This document shows positions 6,930-16,506 of a stretch of DNA of 20,000 nt, piece after piece. The stretch is from the IMG/VR virus record IMGVR_UViG_3300029953_000021, one strand, 5' to 3'. Position numbers and translations under genes: made by a program. Source of the stretch: an uncultured virus (IMG/VR IMGVR_UViG_3300029953_000021). Its lineage: Duplodnaviria; Heunggongvirae; Uroviricota; Caudoviricetes; Schitoviridae. Under the pieces are notes generated by a model. That model saw only the letters and a program-made list of their open reading frames with translations. It was not told the origin of the DNA and did not search any database. Position 1 is the first letter of the stretch, and every line of letters starts with the position of its first letter.

Positions 6930-9191
6930 ATGGATACCGGTGATGCAAACCAGGATACCCAGTTCCAGCTTGCTGAGGACGTGGACACCAAGCTCACGAA
7001 ATGGATAAACGAGCCGACTGTCGAGATCCTGAAGCGTGATCTGGAGTCGACTCGTAGTGCTCACGACGAGCACGTTGCCAAAGTCGACACTTGGACGGGT
7101 CTCTTGCATGGTCGGCATCATGGGGAGAAGCGTAATGGCCCCTATGAAGGCGAGAGTGAAGGTCGCCGAGAGAAAGCCCCCAAGGGGCGCTCCAAAGTCC
7201 AGCCGAAGCTCATTCGACGTCAAGCCGAGTGGCGCTATGCTGCGCTGAGTGAGCCTTTCCTTGGTTCGAACAAGCTCTTCAAGGTGGATCCTTGCACCTA
7301 TGAAGACGCTGCTGCGGCCACTCAGAACGAACTCGTGCTGAATTGGCAGTTCCGAACCAAACTCAATCGCGTCAAGTTCGTTGATGACTACGTTCGATCG
7401 ACGGTCGATGAGGGTACGTGCATCGTTCGAGTGGGCTGGAGGCGGCAGACTGTCCATATAAAGAAGACTGTGCCGGTCTGGGATCACTATGAAATCGACA
7501 ATGAGCAAGATGCTCAGACCCTGAAGCAGGCTCTTGACCTCAAGCAGGAGAATCCGAGGGCCTACGAAGATCAGGTCCATCCGGCTGTGAAAGCCGCTGT
7601 CGATCTTCACGAGGAGACCGGGACAGCCACCAAGGCCGTGCAGAATGGGACTGAGGAAGTCCCCCACGAAAAAGTCCTTCAGAACTTTCCGACTGTCGAA
7701 GTCCTCGATCCGCGGAACGTTTTCATCGATCCCTCGTGCAATGGAGACATCTCCAAGGCGCTCTTCTGCGTGATCACGTTCGAGACCTCGAAGTCTGAGC
7801 TTCTCAAAGAACCCAAGAAATACAAGAACCTCGACAAGGTGAACTGGTCGTCCAACGCCCCGGTCAGCGAGCCCAATCACAGGACCCAGACCCCCAGTGA
7901 GTCGATGATGCTCGACACGATGCGCCGCAAGGTCGTCGCCTATGAGTATTGGGGCCTCTACGACATGAACAAAGACGGCGTTCTTGTGCCGTTTGTCGCT
8001 ACCTGGATCGGATCCACTCTGGTCCGGATGGAGCCCAATCCCTATCCGGATGAGGGTCTCCCGATCGTTTTGGTCCCCTATATGCCGGTGAAGCGTCACC
8101 TCTACGGTGAACCTGATGCGGCCCTGCTCGAGGACAATCAGGCGATCCTGGGTGCTGTGATGCGAGGCATGATCGACTTGCTCGGTCGCTCCGCCAATGG
8201 CCAGCAGGGCATTGCCAAGGGAATGCTCGATCCTCTGAACCGTCGTCGCTACGAGAACGGGCAGGACTACGAGTTCAACCCGAATATGTCGCCGGCGAAC
8301 GGCATTATCGAGCACAAGTACCCGGAATTGCCGCAGTCGGCTCTGTCCATGACGGCCATGGTGAACCAGGAAGCGGAAGCCCTCACAGGTGTGAAGAGCT
8401 TCTCCGGTGGCATCTCTGGTTCGGCCTACGGCTCTGTCGCCGCCAATGCCAAGTCTGCACTCGATGCAGCTGCTCTCCGTGAGATGGCGATTCTTCGTCG
8501 TTTGGCGAAGGGCATGGTCGACATTGGCACCAAGATCATTGGCATGAATGCCGTGTTCTTGTCCGACAAAGAGACGGTCATGGTCACGAACGAGAAGTTC
8601 GTCGAGATCAGCCGTGAAGACCTCAAGGGCAACTTCGATCTCGATGTGGACATTTCCACGGCTGAAGTCGACGACGCCAAAGGCCAGGATCTGAGCTTCA
8701 TGCTCCAGACTTGTGGCCCTGCGGCTGGCCCTGAGATCACGATGATGATCCTGGCCGAGATCGCCGAACTGAAGCGTATGCCCGTCTTGGCTCAAAAGCT
8801 CCGCAACTTCAAACCGAGCCCTCCGCCTCCGCCTTCCCCGGAACAGCAGCAGATCACGCAACTCCAATTGCAGGCTGCCCAGCTCGCGGTTCAGAAACTT
8901 CAGGCCGAGATCGAACTGATCCAGTCCAAGGCAGGCATGGAAGACGCTCGCAAGGACAAGACCAATCTCGATTACGTCGAGCAAGAAACGGGCACGGCCC
9001 ATGCTCGCGATATGGAGCTTCAGCAGGCTAATGCCCTAAGTCAGCAGCAGTTGGCTTCCACAAATGCAGAAGGTCAGCGGCATTTGGCGGTGACGAAGGC
9101 GCTCACTACTCCAACAAAGGAAGGAGAGAGCAAGCCTGATATTCATGCCGCCGTAGGTTATAATCATCTCGCGAAGACTACTACGCTGTAA
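6930..9191 (+). CDS. Portal protein (N4 gp59-like)
   Basis: 753 aa with N4-type portal motifs [81 protein letters not shown]; synteny. Confidence 0.95.
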   Translation: MDTGDANQDTQFQLAEDVDTKLTKWINEPTVEILKRDLESTRSAHDEHVAKVDTWTGLLHGRHHGEKRNGPYEGESEGRREKAPKGRSKVQPKLIRRQAEWRYAALSEPFLGSNKLFKVDPCTYEDAAAATQNELVLNWQFRTKLNRVKFVDDYVRSTVDEGTCIVRVGWRRQTVHIKKTVPVWDHYEIDNEQDAQTLKQALDLKQENPRAYEDQVHPAVKAAVDLHEETGTATKAVQNGTEEVPHEKVLQNFPTVEVLDPRNVFIDPSCNGDISKALFCVITFETSKSELLKEPKKYKNLDKVNWSSNAPVSEPNHRTQTPSESMMLDTMRRKVVAYEYWGLYDMNKDGVLVPFVATWIGSTLVRMEPNPYPDEGLPIVLVPYMPVKRHLYGEPDAALLEDNQAILGAVMRGMIDLLGRSANGQQGIAKGMLDPLNRRRYENGQDYEFNPNMSPANGIIEHKYPELPQSALSMTAMVNQEAEALTGVKSFSGGISGSAYGSVAANAKSALDAAALREMAILRRLAKGMVDIGTKIIGMNAVFLSDKETVMVTNEKFVEISREDLKGNFDLDVDISTAEVDDAKGQDLSFMLQTCGPAAGPEITMMILAEIAELKRMPVLAQKLRNFKPSPPPPPSPEQQQITQLQLQAAQLAVQKLQAEIELIQSKAGMEDARKDKTNLDYVEQETGTAHARDMELQQANALSQQQLASTNAEGQRHLAVTKALTTPTKEGESKPDIHAAVGYNHLAKTTTL
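9136..9164 (+). promoter_or_regulatory. Putative sigma70 promoter inside the portal 3' end, driving the head genes
   Basis: CTGATA (9136-9141), 17-nt spacer, perfect TATAAT (9159-9164); local shift to AT-rich codons. Confidence 0.5.
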
Positions 9192-9199
9192 GTTATGCT

Positions 9200-9254
9200 T
9201 TGACTTGGTTCGAAAATGTTTTAACAGTGCCCAAGTCAAGTCGAACTAAGTCAA
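9200..9254. repeat. Intergenic inverted repeats with two alternative pairings
   Basis: TTGACTTGG (9200-9208) pairs with CCAAGTCAA (9231-9239); TTGACTTGGTTCGA (9200-9213) pairs with TCGAACTAAGTCAA (9241-9254, one G-U). Confidence 0.7.
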
Positions 9255-9278
9255 CTTTCCCTCAAGGACCACTCAGAT

Positions 9279-9632
9279 ATGTCTGAAGTCGCTCAACTCG
9301 AGAACCAGCTCGAATTCAACAAGCACTTGCTCGAACAGAAGACCCGTGCGGAGCGTCTTGCTCGCAACATGGACTTCCGGAAGATCATCCTCGAAGGTTT
9401 CTGCCGTGACGATGCTGCTCGTTACGTTCAGGAGAGCGCTGATCCGTCCCTGAGTGCTGAGAATCGTGCCGATGCGCTCAATATGGCCCAGGCTTCTGGC
9501 CATCTGAAGCGCTACCTGAGCTTGCAGATCCAGATGGGCGGCATGGCCGATCGGAATATCGCCGACATCGAAGAGGCTCTCGTCGAGGCTCGTGCCTCCG
9601 AGGTCGAAGGCTCGGAAGGCGTCGAAGTCTGA
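9279..9632 (+). CDS. Conserved N4-like hypothetical protein (gp58-like)
   Basis: AAGGA RBS; RLARNMDFRKIILEGF....AARYV motif; position between portal and the gp57-like gene. Confidence 0.85.
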   Translation: MSEVAQLENQLEFNKHLLEQKTRAERLARNMDFRKIILEGFCRDDAARYVQESADPSLSAENRADALNMAQASGHLKRYLSLQIQMGGMADRNIADIEEALVEARASEVEGSEGVEV

Positions 9633-10846
9633 TGTCCGCTTCCGACCTTCTCAATATGTCCGATGAGGACTTTCTGAAAAACCCTCCCAAGTCGGAGGTT
9701 GTTGACCCTGTTGAGAAGGTCGATGCCGCAGTGGTTGCGCCACTGACGGAGGCGGCTGAACCGGTTGTCACCACCCAAGCTGAGCCGGTTCAGCCGCCTA
9801 AAGGCAAAGACGACAAGGTCATTGTCCCTCCCGCGAAGGACAAGCCGACCGGGGTCGTCGAACCTGTTTCCGAAACCGTCGTTGAGACCAAACCCAAGCC
9901 GAAAGTCGTCAAGGCGAAGACCGCCGATGACGACGAGTCCGGCGAAGATGGAACCAACGGGGGTGAGGACGAAGGCGAGACGGTCGACGGCAAAGAAGAA
10001 GCCGCTGGCGGTCCCGACTACGAGGCGCTCTACAAGCAGGTCATGCTGCCTTTCAAGGCGAATGGCCGCACCATCGAGCTCAAGACGCCGGATGAGGCGA
10101 TCCAGCTCATGCAGATGGGCGCCAACTACACGAAGAAGATGCAGGAGCTGGTTCCGCACCGCAAAGTGCTGGCCATGCTCCAGAACAATGGGCTGATGGA
10201 CGAGGGCAAGCTTACTTATCTGATTGATTTGGATAAGAAAAACCCCGAAGCGATCAAGAAGCTCATCAAGGAAGCCGGCCTCGACCCCCAGGAGATCGAT
10301 ACCTCCGTCGAGCCGGCCTATCGTGAAGGCAATCACCGAGTCAGTGATGATGAAGTCGCTTTCCACTCGGCTCTGGAGGACATGAAGTCCACTCCGGATC
10401 GTGTGGGAACTCTCAAGGTCATCAACGATAATTGGGATCAGGCCAGTAAGGACGCTCTCTGGAAGTCGCCCGACATTATGTCGATCATCCACGGCCAGCG
10501 CGAGACCGGTGTCTACGACCGAATCGCTGCTGAGGTGCATCGTCGCCAGACTCTCGGATCCATTCCGACAAGTGTTCCTTTTCTCCAAGCCTACAAGGTT
10601 GTGGGAGATCAGATGACGGCGGCGGACGCCTTCAAGGATCTGATTTCCAAGCCTGTTCCCCCGGCCAAAACCCCAGTTGTGGTGGCCACTCGTGTCGCGG
10701 CTCCCAAGCCTGCGTTGACGAATGGCGCCCGAGCTGCGGCTGCGTCCACCACCCGACAGGCCCCTGCTGCTTCTGCGAAGGTCGCCTCGAACCCGCTCGC
10801 TATGAGCGACGAGGACTTTCTGAAGCAAATGGCTGGCCGTGTCTGA
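9632..10846 (+). CDS. N4 gp57-like protein (often annotated tape measure; probable scaffolding protein)
   Basis: TGATG coupling; acidic/Pro-rich N-terminus, conserved PFKANGR.I....PDEAIQLMQMGANYTKKMQ and LIDLDKKNPEAIKKLIK; directly upstream of the capsid gene. Confidence 0.85.
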   Translation: MSASDLLNMSDEDFLKNPPKSEVVDPVEKVDAAVVAPLTEAAEPVVTTQAEPVQPPKGKDDKVIVPPAKDKPTGVVEPVSETVVETKPKPKVVKAKTADDDESGEDGTNGGEDEGETVDGKEEAAGGPDYEALYKQVMLPFKANGRTIELKTPDEAIQLMQMGANYTKKMQELVPHRKVLAMLQNNGLMDEGKLTYLIDLDKKNPEAIKKLIKEAGLDPQEIDTSVEPAYREGNHRVSDDEVAFHSALEDMKSTPDRVGTLKVINDNWDQASKDALWKSPDIMSIIHGQRETGVYDRIAAEVHRRQTLGSIPTSVPFLQAYKVVGDQMTAADAFKDLISKPVPPAKTPVVVATRVAAPKPALTNGARAAAASTTRQAPAASAKVASNPLAMSDEDFLKQMAGRV

Positions 10847-10867
10847 CCTTTGAAAGCGCTCTAAGTC

Positions 10868-12070
10868 ATGTTGAACTATATCCCCAGCCTCGCGGATGGC
10901 GGCGTCATCGACTCCGGCAACACGCCCAATCAGTTGCAGCCCTGGTTCTACCTCAAGAAGGCGATCATCACCGCCCGAAAGGACCAGTATTTCATGCCGT
11001 TGGCCAACACGGTCAACATGCCGAAGCACTTCGGCAAGACCATCAAGGTCTACAACTACGTTCCCCTGCTCGACGACCGCAACGTCAACAACCAGGGCCT
11101 CGACGCGAACGGCTCTACCATCGCCAACGGCAACCTGTATGGCTCCTCGCGAGACGTCGGCACGATCAACACGAAGCTCCCGGCGCTGACCGAAGATGGC
11201 GGCCGAGTGAACCGAGTCGGCTTCACCCGTCTGTCGGTCCAGGGCTCCCTGTTCAAGTTCGGTTTCTTCACCGAGTTCACCCAGGAATCGCTCGACTTCG
11301 ACACCGACGAAGAGCTGATGGACCACCTGGCGACCGAACTGATGAACGGCGCCGTCCAGTTGACGGAAGCGGTGCTTCAGCGTGACTTGCTCGCTTCGGC
11401 GGGCGTGATCCTCTTCGCTGGTTCGGCTGTGTCGCAGGCGACGGTTTCGGGCGAAGGCGCTACGCCTTCGATCGTCTCCTACAAGAACCTGATGCGCCTC
11501 GACCTGGTGCTGACGAACAACCGCACTCCGAAGCAGACCACGGTCATCACCGGTTCCCGGATGATCGACACGAAGACGATCCCTGCGGCTCGTGTGATGT
11601 TCGTCGGCGGCGATGTCGTGCCCCTGCTCAAGGGCATGACGGATCTGTTCGGCAACAGCGCCTTCATCTCGGTCCAGCATTACGCTGACGCCGGCACGAT
11701 CCTGAATGGCGAGATCGGCTCGATCGACAACTTCCGCATCGTGCAGGTGCCGGAAATGCTCCACTACGCCGGCGCCGGCGCTGCTGTCGGGACGAACCCC
11801 GGCTACCAGAGCACCTCGGTGTCGGGCACTTACCACTACGACGTCTTCCCGATGCTCGTGTTGGGCGACGACAGCTGGACGACCATCGGTTTCCAGACGG
11901 ACGGCAAGACGGTGAAGTTCGCCGTTCAGACGAAGATGCCGGGCAGGGACAACCTGACCAAGCTCGATCCCTACGGCGAGACCGGGTTCAGCTCGATCAA
12001 GTGGTACTACGGCATCCTGATCAAGCGGCCCGAGCGCATGGGCATCATCTACACCGTCGCTCCGATCTAA
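10868..12070 (+). CDS. Major capsid protein (N4 gp56-like)
   Basis: 400 aa; [71 protein letters not shown] closely match the N4 capsid protein; strong codon bias. Confidence 0.97.
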   Translation: MLNYIPSLADGGVIDSGNTPNQLQPWFYLKKAIITARKDQYFMPLANTVNMPKHFGKTIKVYNYVPLLDDRNVNNQGLDANGSTIANGNLYGSSRDVGTINTKLPALTEDGGRVNRVGFTRLSVQGSLFKFGFFTEFTQESLDFDTDEELMDHLATELMNGAVQLTEAVLQRDLLASAGVILFAGSAVSQATVSGEGATPSIVSYKNLMRLDLVLTNNRTPKQTTVITGSRMIDTKTIPAARVMFVGGDVVPLLKGMTDLFGNSAFISVQHYADAGTILNGEIGSIDNFRIVQVPEMLHYAGAGAAVGTNPGYQSTSVSGTYHYDVFPMLVLGDDSWTTIGFQTDGKTVKFAVQTKMPGRDNLTKLDPYGETGFSSIKWYYGILIKRPERMGIIYTVAPI

Positions 12071-12088
12071 TCGACGGCCACACAACAG

Positions 12089-12118
12089 AGGGAGAGCTTC
12101 GGCTCTCCCTTTCTTTCC
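12089..12118 (+). terminator. Rho-independent terminator after the capsid gene
   Basis: AGGGAGAGC-TTCG-GCTCTCCCT (9-bp stem, cUUCGg loop) followed by TTCTTTCC. Confidence 0.9.
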
Positions 12119-12133
12119 TGAACACAATCCTCA

Positions 12134-12832
12134 GTGAGTACCGAGAATCCCATGAATGACGAGAACCAGGGCAACGATACCTCCGGCGAACCGAAGGTGA
12201 GCGAGACTCCCGAAGGTATGGGCAGCGATGAGCTGACTGTGCTGAAGCAACGTGCGAAGCTCATGGGGCTGGTTTTCTCGAACAACATCGGCATTCAGGC
12301 GCTTCGCCAGAAGATCGAAGCCAAGATGGCCGGCGAAATTGTGACTGCCGACGCTGAAGCGGACAATGCGCCTGCTCAGGCGAATCCTCTCACCGGCGAA
12401 GATCCGGTCAAGGACGTGAACCCGGTCACCGGCAAGCCGCTGACGACTCGGGAGATCCTCATGCGGGACCAAATGAAGCTGGTGCGGCTTCGCATCACCA
12501 ACATGGACCCGAAGAAGAAAGAGCTTCCCGGCGAGATCCTCACGGTCGGTAACGAATTCCTCGGCACGGTCTCGAAGTACATTCCCTTCGGCGAAGTGAC
12601 CGACAACGGCTACCATGTGCCGTTCATCCTCTACACGATGATGAAGGATCGGAAGTTCCTGAACATTCGCACCACGAAGACTGCGAACGGTCAGTCGAAG
12701 GTCTCCCAAAATTGGGCGAGCGAGTTCGCTCTGGAGATCCTTCCTCCCCTCACGCGGTCCGAACTCGACAAGCTCGCCACGGCCCAGGCTGCTGCCGGCG
12801 TCTTCGCTGGGGCCAACGAAGAGTCGCTCTGA
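12134..12832 (+). CDS. N4 gp55-like conserved protein
   Basis: DELTVLKQRAKLMG..FSNNIG...LR.KI, MKLVRLRITNMDPKKKELPGEI.TVGN, EFALEILPPLT..EL..LA..QAA; start is GTG 12134 or ATG 12152. Confidence 0.85.
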   Translation: MSTENPMNDENQGNDTSGEPKVSETPEGMGSDELTVLKQRAKLMGLVFSNNIGIQALRQKIEAKMAGEIVTADAEADNAPAQANPLTGEDPVKDVNPVTGKPLTTREILMRDQMKLVRLRITNMDPKKKELPGEILTVGNEFLGTVSKYIPFGEVTDNGYHVPFILYTMMKDRKFLNIRTTKTANGQSKVSQNWASEFALEILPPLTRSELDKLATAQAAAGVFAGANEESL

Positions 12833-12855
12833 CCTTCTGAGTTCGAGTGTTTATT

Positions 12856-12896
12856 GGCCCACTTGGTTCCAAAAAGAGCCAGTGGGCCTTTCTTTT
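12856..12896 (+). terminator. Rho-independent terminator
   Basis: GGCCCACT/AGTGGGCC stem extended by GGTTC/GAGCC, followed by TTTCTTTT. Confidence 0.8.
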
Positions 12897-12910
12897 AAGG
12901 GCCGCAGCAC

Positions 12911-13621
12911 ATGACGAACACGACCGACACCGTAGACCTCGCCACGATCAATCCGGTCGACATCACGTCTTCGCTTTTCCAGCTTCCGGAGCTGGGAACG
13001 GATACGATGTATGCTGCCGTTCAGCCCATGAACATCTCGCGGGTGACTACGGGTTCCGTGGGCGGAACTGGCGCTTTCGACCAGCTGATGGCTGGAATGA
13101 AAGCCCAGCTCAAGCACGAGTACGAGAACAACCGGATCACCGGTGCTGAATACACGAAGGCTTTCACGGACCTCACGGCTGCTGCGATGCAAACCGCGGT
13201 GCAGTTCGTGCTTGGCGCTGACGCCAGCTTCTGGAGCTCGCAGACGGCTCAAATCCAGGCGATCACAGGGCGTATCGCCATGGAAACTGCTCGCTTTACC
13301 TACCAGAACATCTTGCCGGCTCAGTTCGCTCTTGTCGCCGAACAGGGTGATGCGCAACGGGCTCAGACTTCGGACACTCGCTTGGATGGCGTTCCCATTG
13401 CTGGCGTCATGGGCGCTCAGGAAGCTCTCTACAAGCAGCAGATCATCTCCTACCAGCGAGATGCCGAGGTGAAGGCTGCGAAGATCTTCACGGATGCCTG
13501 GATCACCCAGAAAACGATCGATGACGGCCTTCTCCCGCCCAACGGCTTCACGAATGACTCCGTGAACCTGGTGCTCACCTCGATCATGTCCAACAACGGC
13601 TTTGGCGCCCCCGTTGCCTAA
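12911..13621 (+). CDS. N4 gp54-like structural protein (putative tail tube)
   Basis: GGTGAFDQLM...KAQLKHEYENNRITGAEY.KA and LYKQQI.SYQRDAEVKAAKIFTDAWITQKTIDDG motifs; synteny. Confidence 0.85.
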   Translation: MTNTTDTVDLATINPVDITSSLFQLPELGTDTMYAAVQPMNISRVTTGSVGGTGAFDQLMAGMKAQLKHEYENNRITGAEYTKAFTDLTAAAMQTAVQFVLGADASFWSSQTAQIQAITGRIAMETARFTYQNILPAQFALVAEQGDAQRAQTSDTRLDGVPIAGVMGAQEALYKQQIISYQRDAEVKAAKIFTDAWITQKTIDDGLLPPNGFTNDSVNLVLTSIMSNNGFGAPVA

Positions 13622-13635
13622 GGGGCTTTGAACCA

Positions 13636-16008
13636 ATGAGCTTCTGGAGCGACTTTTTTAGTCCGACGAAGACGATCAGCGTGTCGTCTACCGTCTATAA
13701 TCTGGCTGGTGACGTCAATAAGAGGCCGAATTTCCTCGATACGACGACGCTGGGGGCTGTGCTTTCCGATAGCGATCAGTCGATCACCGAGCAGCTCCAG
13801 AACGCTTACATCAATGGTCCTGGCATCCAGCTTCGAGGCTTTTCGAGGTGGGCTCGGGACTTTGGCTACGATGACTTGGTGGGCATTTCAACCACGCCTC
13901 TGAGCCTCACTTCGGCTCTTGACCCGACAGTTCTGAAGCCTTTGCTTCCGCCTCCTCCGGCTGGCCAAAGTCTGGTCATCCAAGCAAGCTCGATCGGGCA
14001 GTTTGATTTCACCTTCTGGGTCAACGAGTTCATGGTCGAGAATTATCCGACCCTCCTGAACACGGCCTACACCTGCGATCTCAACGGAAGCACCGGCGTC
14101 GTCACGATCACTTTCGCAGACACGACGACGACCACATTCACGCTTCCCCCTTTCGACGCCACTGCCCAGTATCTCTATGTCGCCTACAACTATGGGATCC
14201 CTGGCACCCCTGGTTCTCCAGAGATCCCTGCGACTGTCGGGCCTCCTCCGACTCCGGATATTCCGGCAGTGCCTTATGTCCCAGACACTTGGACCCAGGT
14301 GCTGTTTCTCGCTTACAAGCAGGGCTCGGGAAATCCTGCGTTCGATGCGCTCTTCACGGCGACCTCGGACACTGGTCTCTTTTTTCCCTATATCCCCATC
14401 ATGGTGGACAAGAACTTCATCTCGGCTTCCTACATGCCGGATGTCTACACGCAGGCGAAGAAGGCGGTTACGAAGTCGCTCAACGCCAAATATGACGACA
14501 TCGTCACCAAGATCAAAGCAAACGCCAATGTCGGCGACATCGATTACGCTTACATTGTGTTCGGCGTCTCGCTGAACGTGGCTGAGAACGCCTGTCGAAA
14601 CTACATCTACCAGTTCTTTCTCGACATTATGCAAGGGCTCAATCTCTCGAACAGCGAGTTCCAGGACTGGCAAGCAGCTTATGCTGTGGCTGCTGCGTCG
14701 ATGGCAACCTGGGCAGAGTGGCAAGTCGCTCAGAGCGACAGCACCAACCCGCTTTATGGGACTGCAAGTCCCACTGTGGTGCCATACCCTGCTGCTCCGA
14801 GCTACTCTGTGCAGGTGGCGAGCACGAACGATGCCATCTTGAACTACAACATGACGATCTCGTGGGCCGGTCTCAATGAGACAACGGGCTCGGGACAGCT
14901 CATGAACGAGCTGGGAGTTCCGGCAAAGGCTGGTGAGTTCTGGTTCGAGAACACTTCGAACACCTTTGTCAGCGCTCCAGCCTGGGTGAATGCTGCCATT
15001 GGTTCGCTTCCCACCACGCAGGAGCAGACCCACACTCGCTTGTACTGGCAAGTCGACTCGAACAGCTGGCGTGCGCTCGATATTTACAACCTGACCCACA
15101 CCAATGCCATCTATGGCGGCAAGACGGTGGTCACGACAGCCATTGCTGCACTCTCAGATAGCTCTGAGAGCCCCTTCATTATCCCTTTGAACGAAGAGAT
15201 CTATGCCTCGATGTCGCTCATTACGAGCACACAGATGGCAACGGCTTGCTGTTTCTTGGTCTTCAACAGTTACACCGTTGTGACTGCGCCTTGGTACACA
15301 GCTGGCTGGTTCAAAGTGCTTTTGATCGTCGTGGTGATCGCCCTCTCGGTGGCTACGGGAGGTCTGGGCATTGGCGCTGGAGGTTTGCTCGGCACGAACC
15401 TCTCTGTGGGTATGTCCCTTGGGCTCTCAGGCACCGCGGCTGCGATCGTCGGAGCCGTTGCGAATGCTCTGGCAGCCATCGTGCTCGTGCAGCTGATCCA
15501 AGTAGGGTCCACAGACCTTTTTGGACCTCAGCTCGGCGCAATCATTGGAGCTATCGCCGGGATCGTCGCCCTGCAAGTGGGAACGGCCCTTGCCATGGGC
15601 ACGACTCCCTCTGCCCTTCTGGGTCAGATGCTTCAGCCCACCAATTTGCTGAAGCTCACCGAGTCTGCGGGCAATGGCTTCGCTCAAGTTCTGCAAGGCG
15701 ATGCTCAAAAGATACAAGCCTCGACACAAACGATGGAAGCCCAGTATAATGCGGCTGACGCACAGGTCGAGGCCCAATATACCGCTATGTTTGGGGCGGG
15801 TGGTGGAGCTGACCTGGCAATCAATCCCCTATCGCTGACCGACGTCAACTTGCCAAACGTGCCCAACTCGACAATCGTCGCTGAGGCGCCTTCGAACTTC
15901 TTAAACAGAACTTTGATGACCGGAAGTGATGTCTGTAACCTCTCAATGAGTTACATCAGCAACTTCTGCGATGCGAACCTTAGCACCACTCTCCCGAATA
16001 TGACCTGA
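13636..16008 (+). CDS. N4 gp53-like structural protein with C-terminal hydrophobic/TM region (putative tail tip/plug)
   Basis: VSSTVYNLAGD...RPNFL, DIDYAYIVFGVSLN..ENACRNYIY.FF, ES.FIIPL, WY..GWFK plus a long hydrophobic segment, and E.P..FL.RTLMTGSD; synteny. Confidence 0.85.
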   Translation: MSFWSDFFSPTKTISVSSTVYNLAGDVNKRPNFLDTTTLGAVLSDSDQSITEQLQNAYINGPGIQLRGFSRWARDFGYDDLVGISTTPLSLTSALDPTVLKPLLPPPPAGQSLVIQASSIGQFDFTFWVNEFMVENYPTLLNTAYTCDLNGSTGVVTITFADTTTTTFTLPPFDATAQYLYVAYNYGIPGTPGSPEIPATVGPPPTPDIPAVPYVPDTWTQVLFLAYKQGSGNPAFDALFTATSDTGLFFPYIPIMVDKNFISASYMPDVYTQAKKAVTKSLNAKYDDIVTKIKANANVGDIDYAYIVFGVSLNVAENACRNYIYQFFLDIMQGLNLSNSEFQDWQAAYAVAAASMATWAEWQVAQSDSTNPLYGTASPTVVPYPAAPSYSVQVASTNDAILNYNMTISWAGLNETTGSGQLMNELGVPAKAGEFWFENTSNTFVSAPAWVNAAIGSLPTTQEQTHTRLYWQVDSNSWRALDIYNLTHTNAIYGGKTVVTTAIAALSDSSESPFIIPLNEEIYASMSLITSTQMATACCFLVFNSYTVVTAPWYTAGWFKVLLIVVVIALSVATGGLGIGAGGLLGTNLSVGMSLGLSGTAAAIVGAVANALAAIVLVQLIQVGSTDLFGPQLGAIIGAIAGIVALQVGTALAMGTTPSALLGQMLQPTNLLKLTESAGNGFAQVLQGDAQKIQASTQTMEAQYNAADAQVEAQYTAMFGAGGGADLAINPLSLTDVNLPNVPNSTIVAEAPSNFLNRTLMTGSDVCNLSMSYISNFCDANLSTTLPNMT

Positions 16009-16019
16009 AAGAGCCCCTG

Positions 16020-16493
16020 ATGGCCGATGCGACTTACAATGTGACGGGTGCTCAGCTGGCCGGTTTGGGGATCTCTCCTGATCAGCTTGCCACACTCACT
16101 GCGTCTCCTACGGCGACAGCGACTGCTGCGGCTCCCACGGGTCTTGCTGGAATTGGAGGCTCTGCTTCGGGTCTCGGTTCTAATCTTGGAGTGGGCGGTG
16201 CAAGCGGCGCCGGTTTCAATACGGGTCTGGGTCTGAACGTCGGCACGGGACAGCTCGCCCTCGGCGGCCTTTCGACGCTCGGCAATCTCTGGACTGCGTG
16301 GAATGCCACGCAGCTCGCCCAGAAGAGCTTTGATTTCAACAAGCAGCTCGCCAGCGACAACTATTCGAACCAGGCAGGCGCCTACAATACGAACCTGAAC
16401 AACATCGCGAGCTCTCGGGCGAAGATGGAGAATCAGAGTCCGGGCCAAGAGCAGGCTTACGTGAACGCGAACCAGCTCAAGACGACCGTCTGA
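16020..16493 (+). CDS. N4 gp52-like small ejection protein
   Basis: 157 aa, Gly-rich, LGGLSTLGNLW.A.....LAQKSFDFNK.L...N..NQ..AYNT.L; no Cys; synteny. Confidence 0.82.
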   Translation: MADATYNVTGAQLAGLGISPDQLATLTASPTATATAAAPTGLAGIGGSASGLGSNLGVGGASGAGFNTGLGLNVGTGQLALGGLSTLGNLWTAWNATQLAQKSFDFNKQLASDNYSNQAGAYNTNLNNIASSRAKMENQSPGQEQAYVNANQLKTTV

Positions 16494-16506
16494 GAGGACC
16501 ATCTCC

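Noticed and set aside
6798..9002. 734-aa minus-strand ORF
   Set aside because: Antisense shadow of the portal gene.
12089..12110. Hairpin as an N4 vRNAP early promoter
   Set aside because: Four-base UUCG loop plus U tract directly after the capsid gene fits a terminator; N4 early promoters have 3-nt loops and lie in the early region.
9512..12127. 871-aa minus-strand ORF
   Set aside because: Antisense shadow of the gp57-like and capsid genes; strong codon bias (few TTA/CTA/TCA codons) removes antisense stops; no recognisable motifs.
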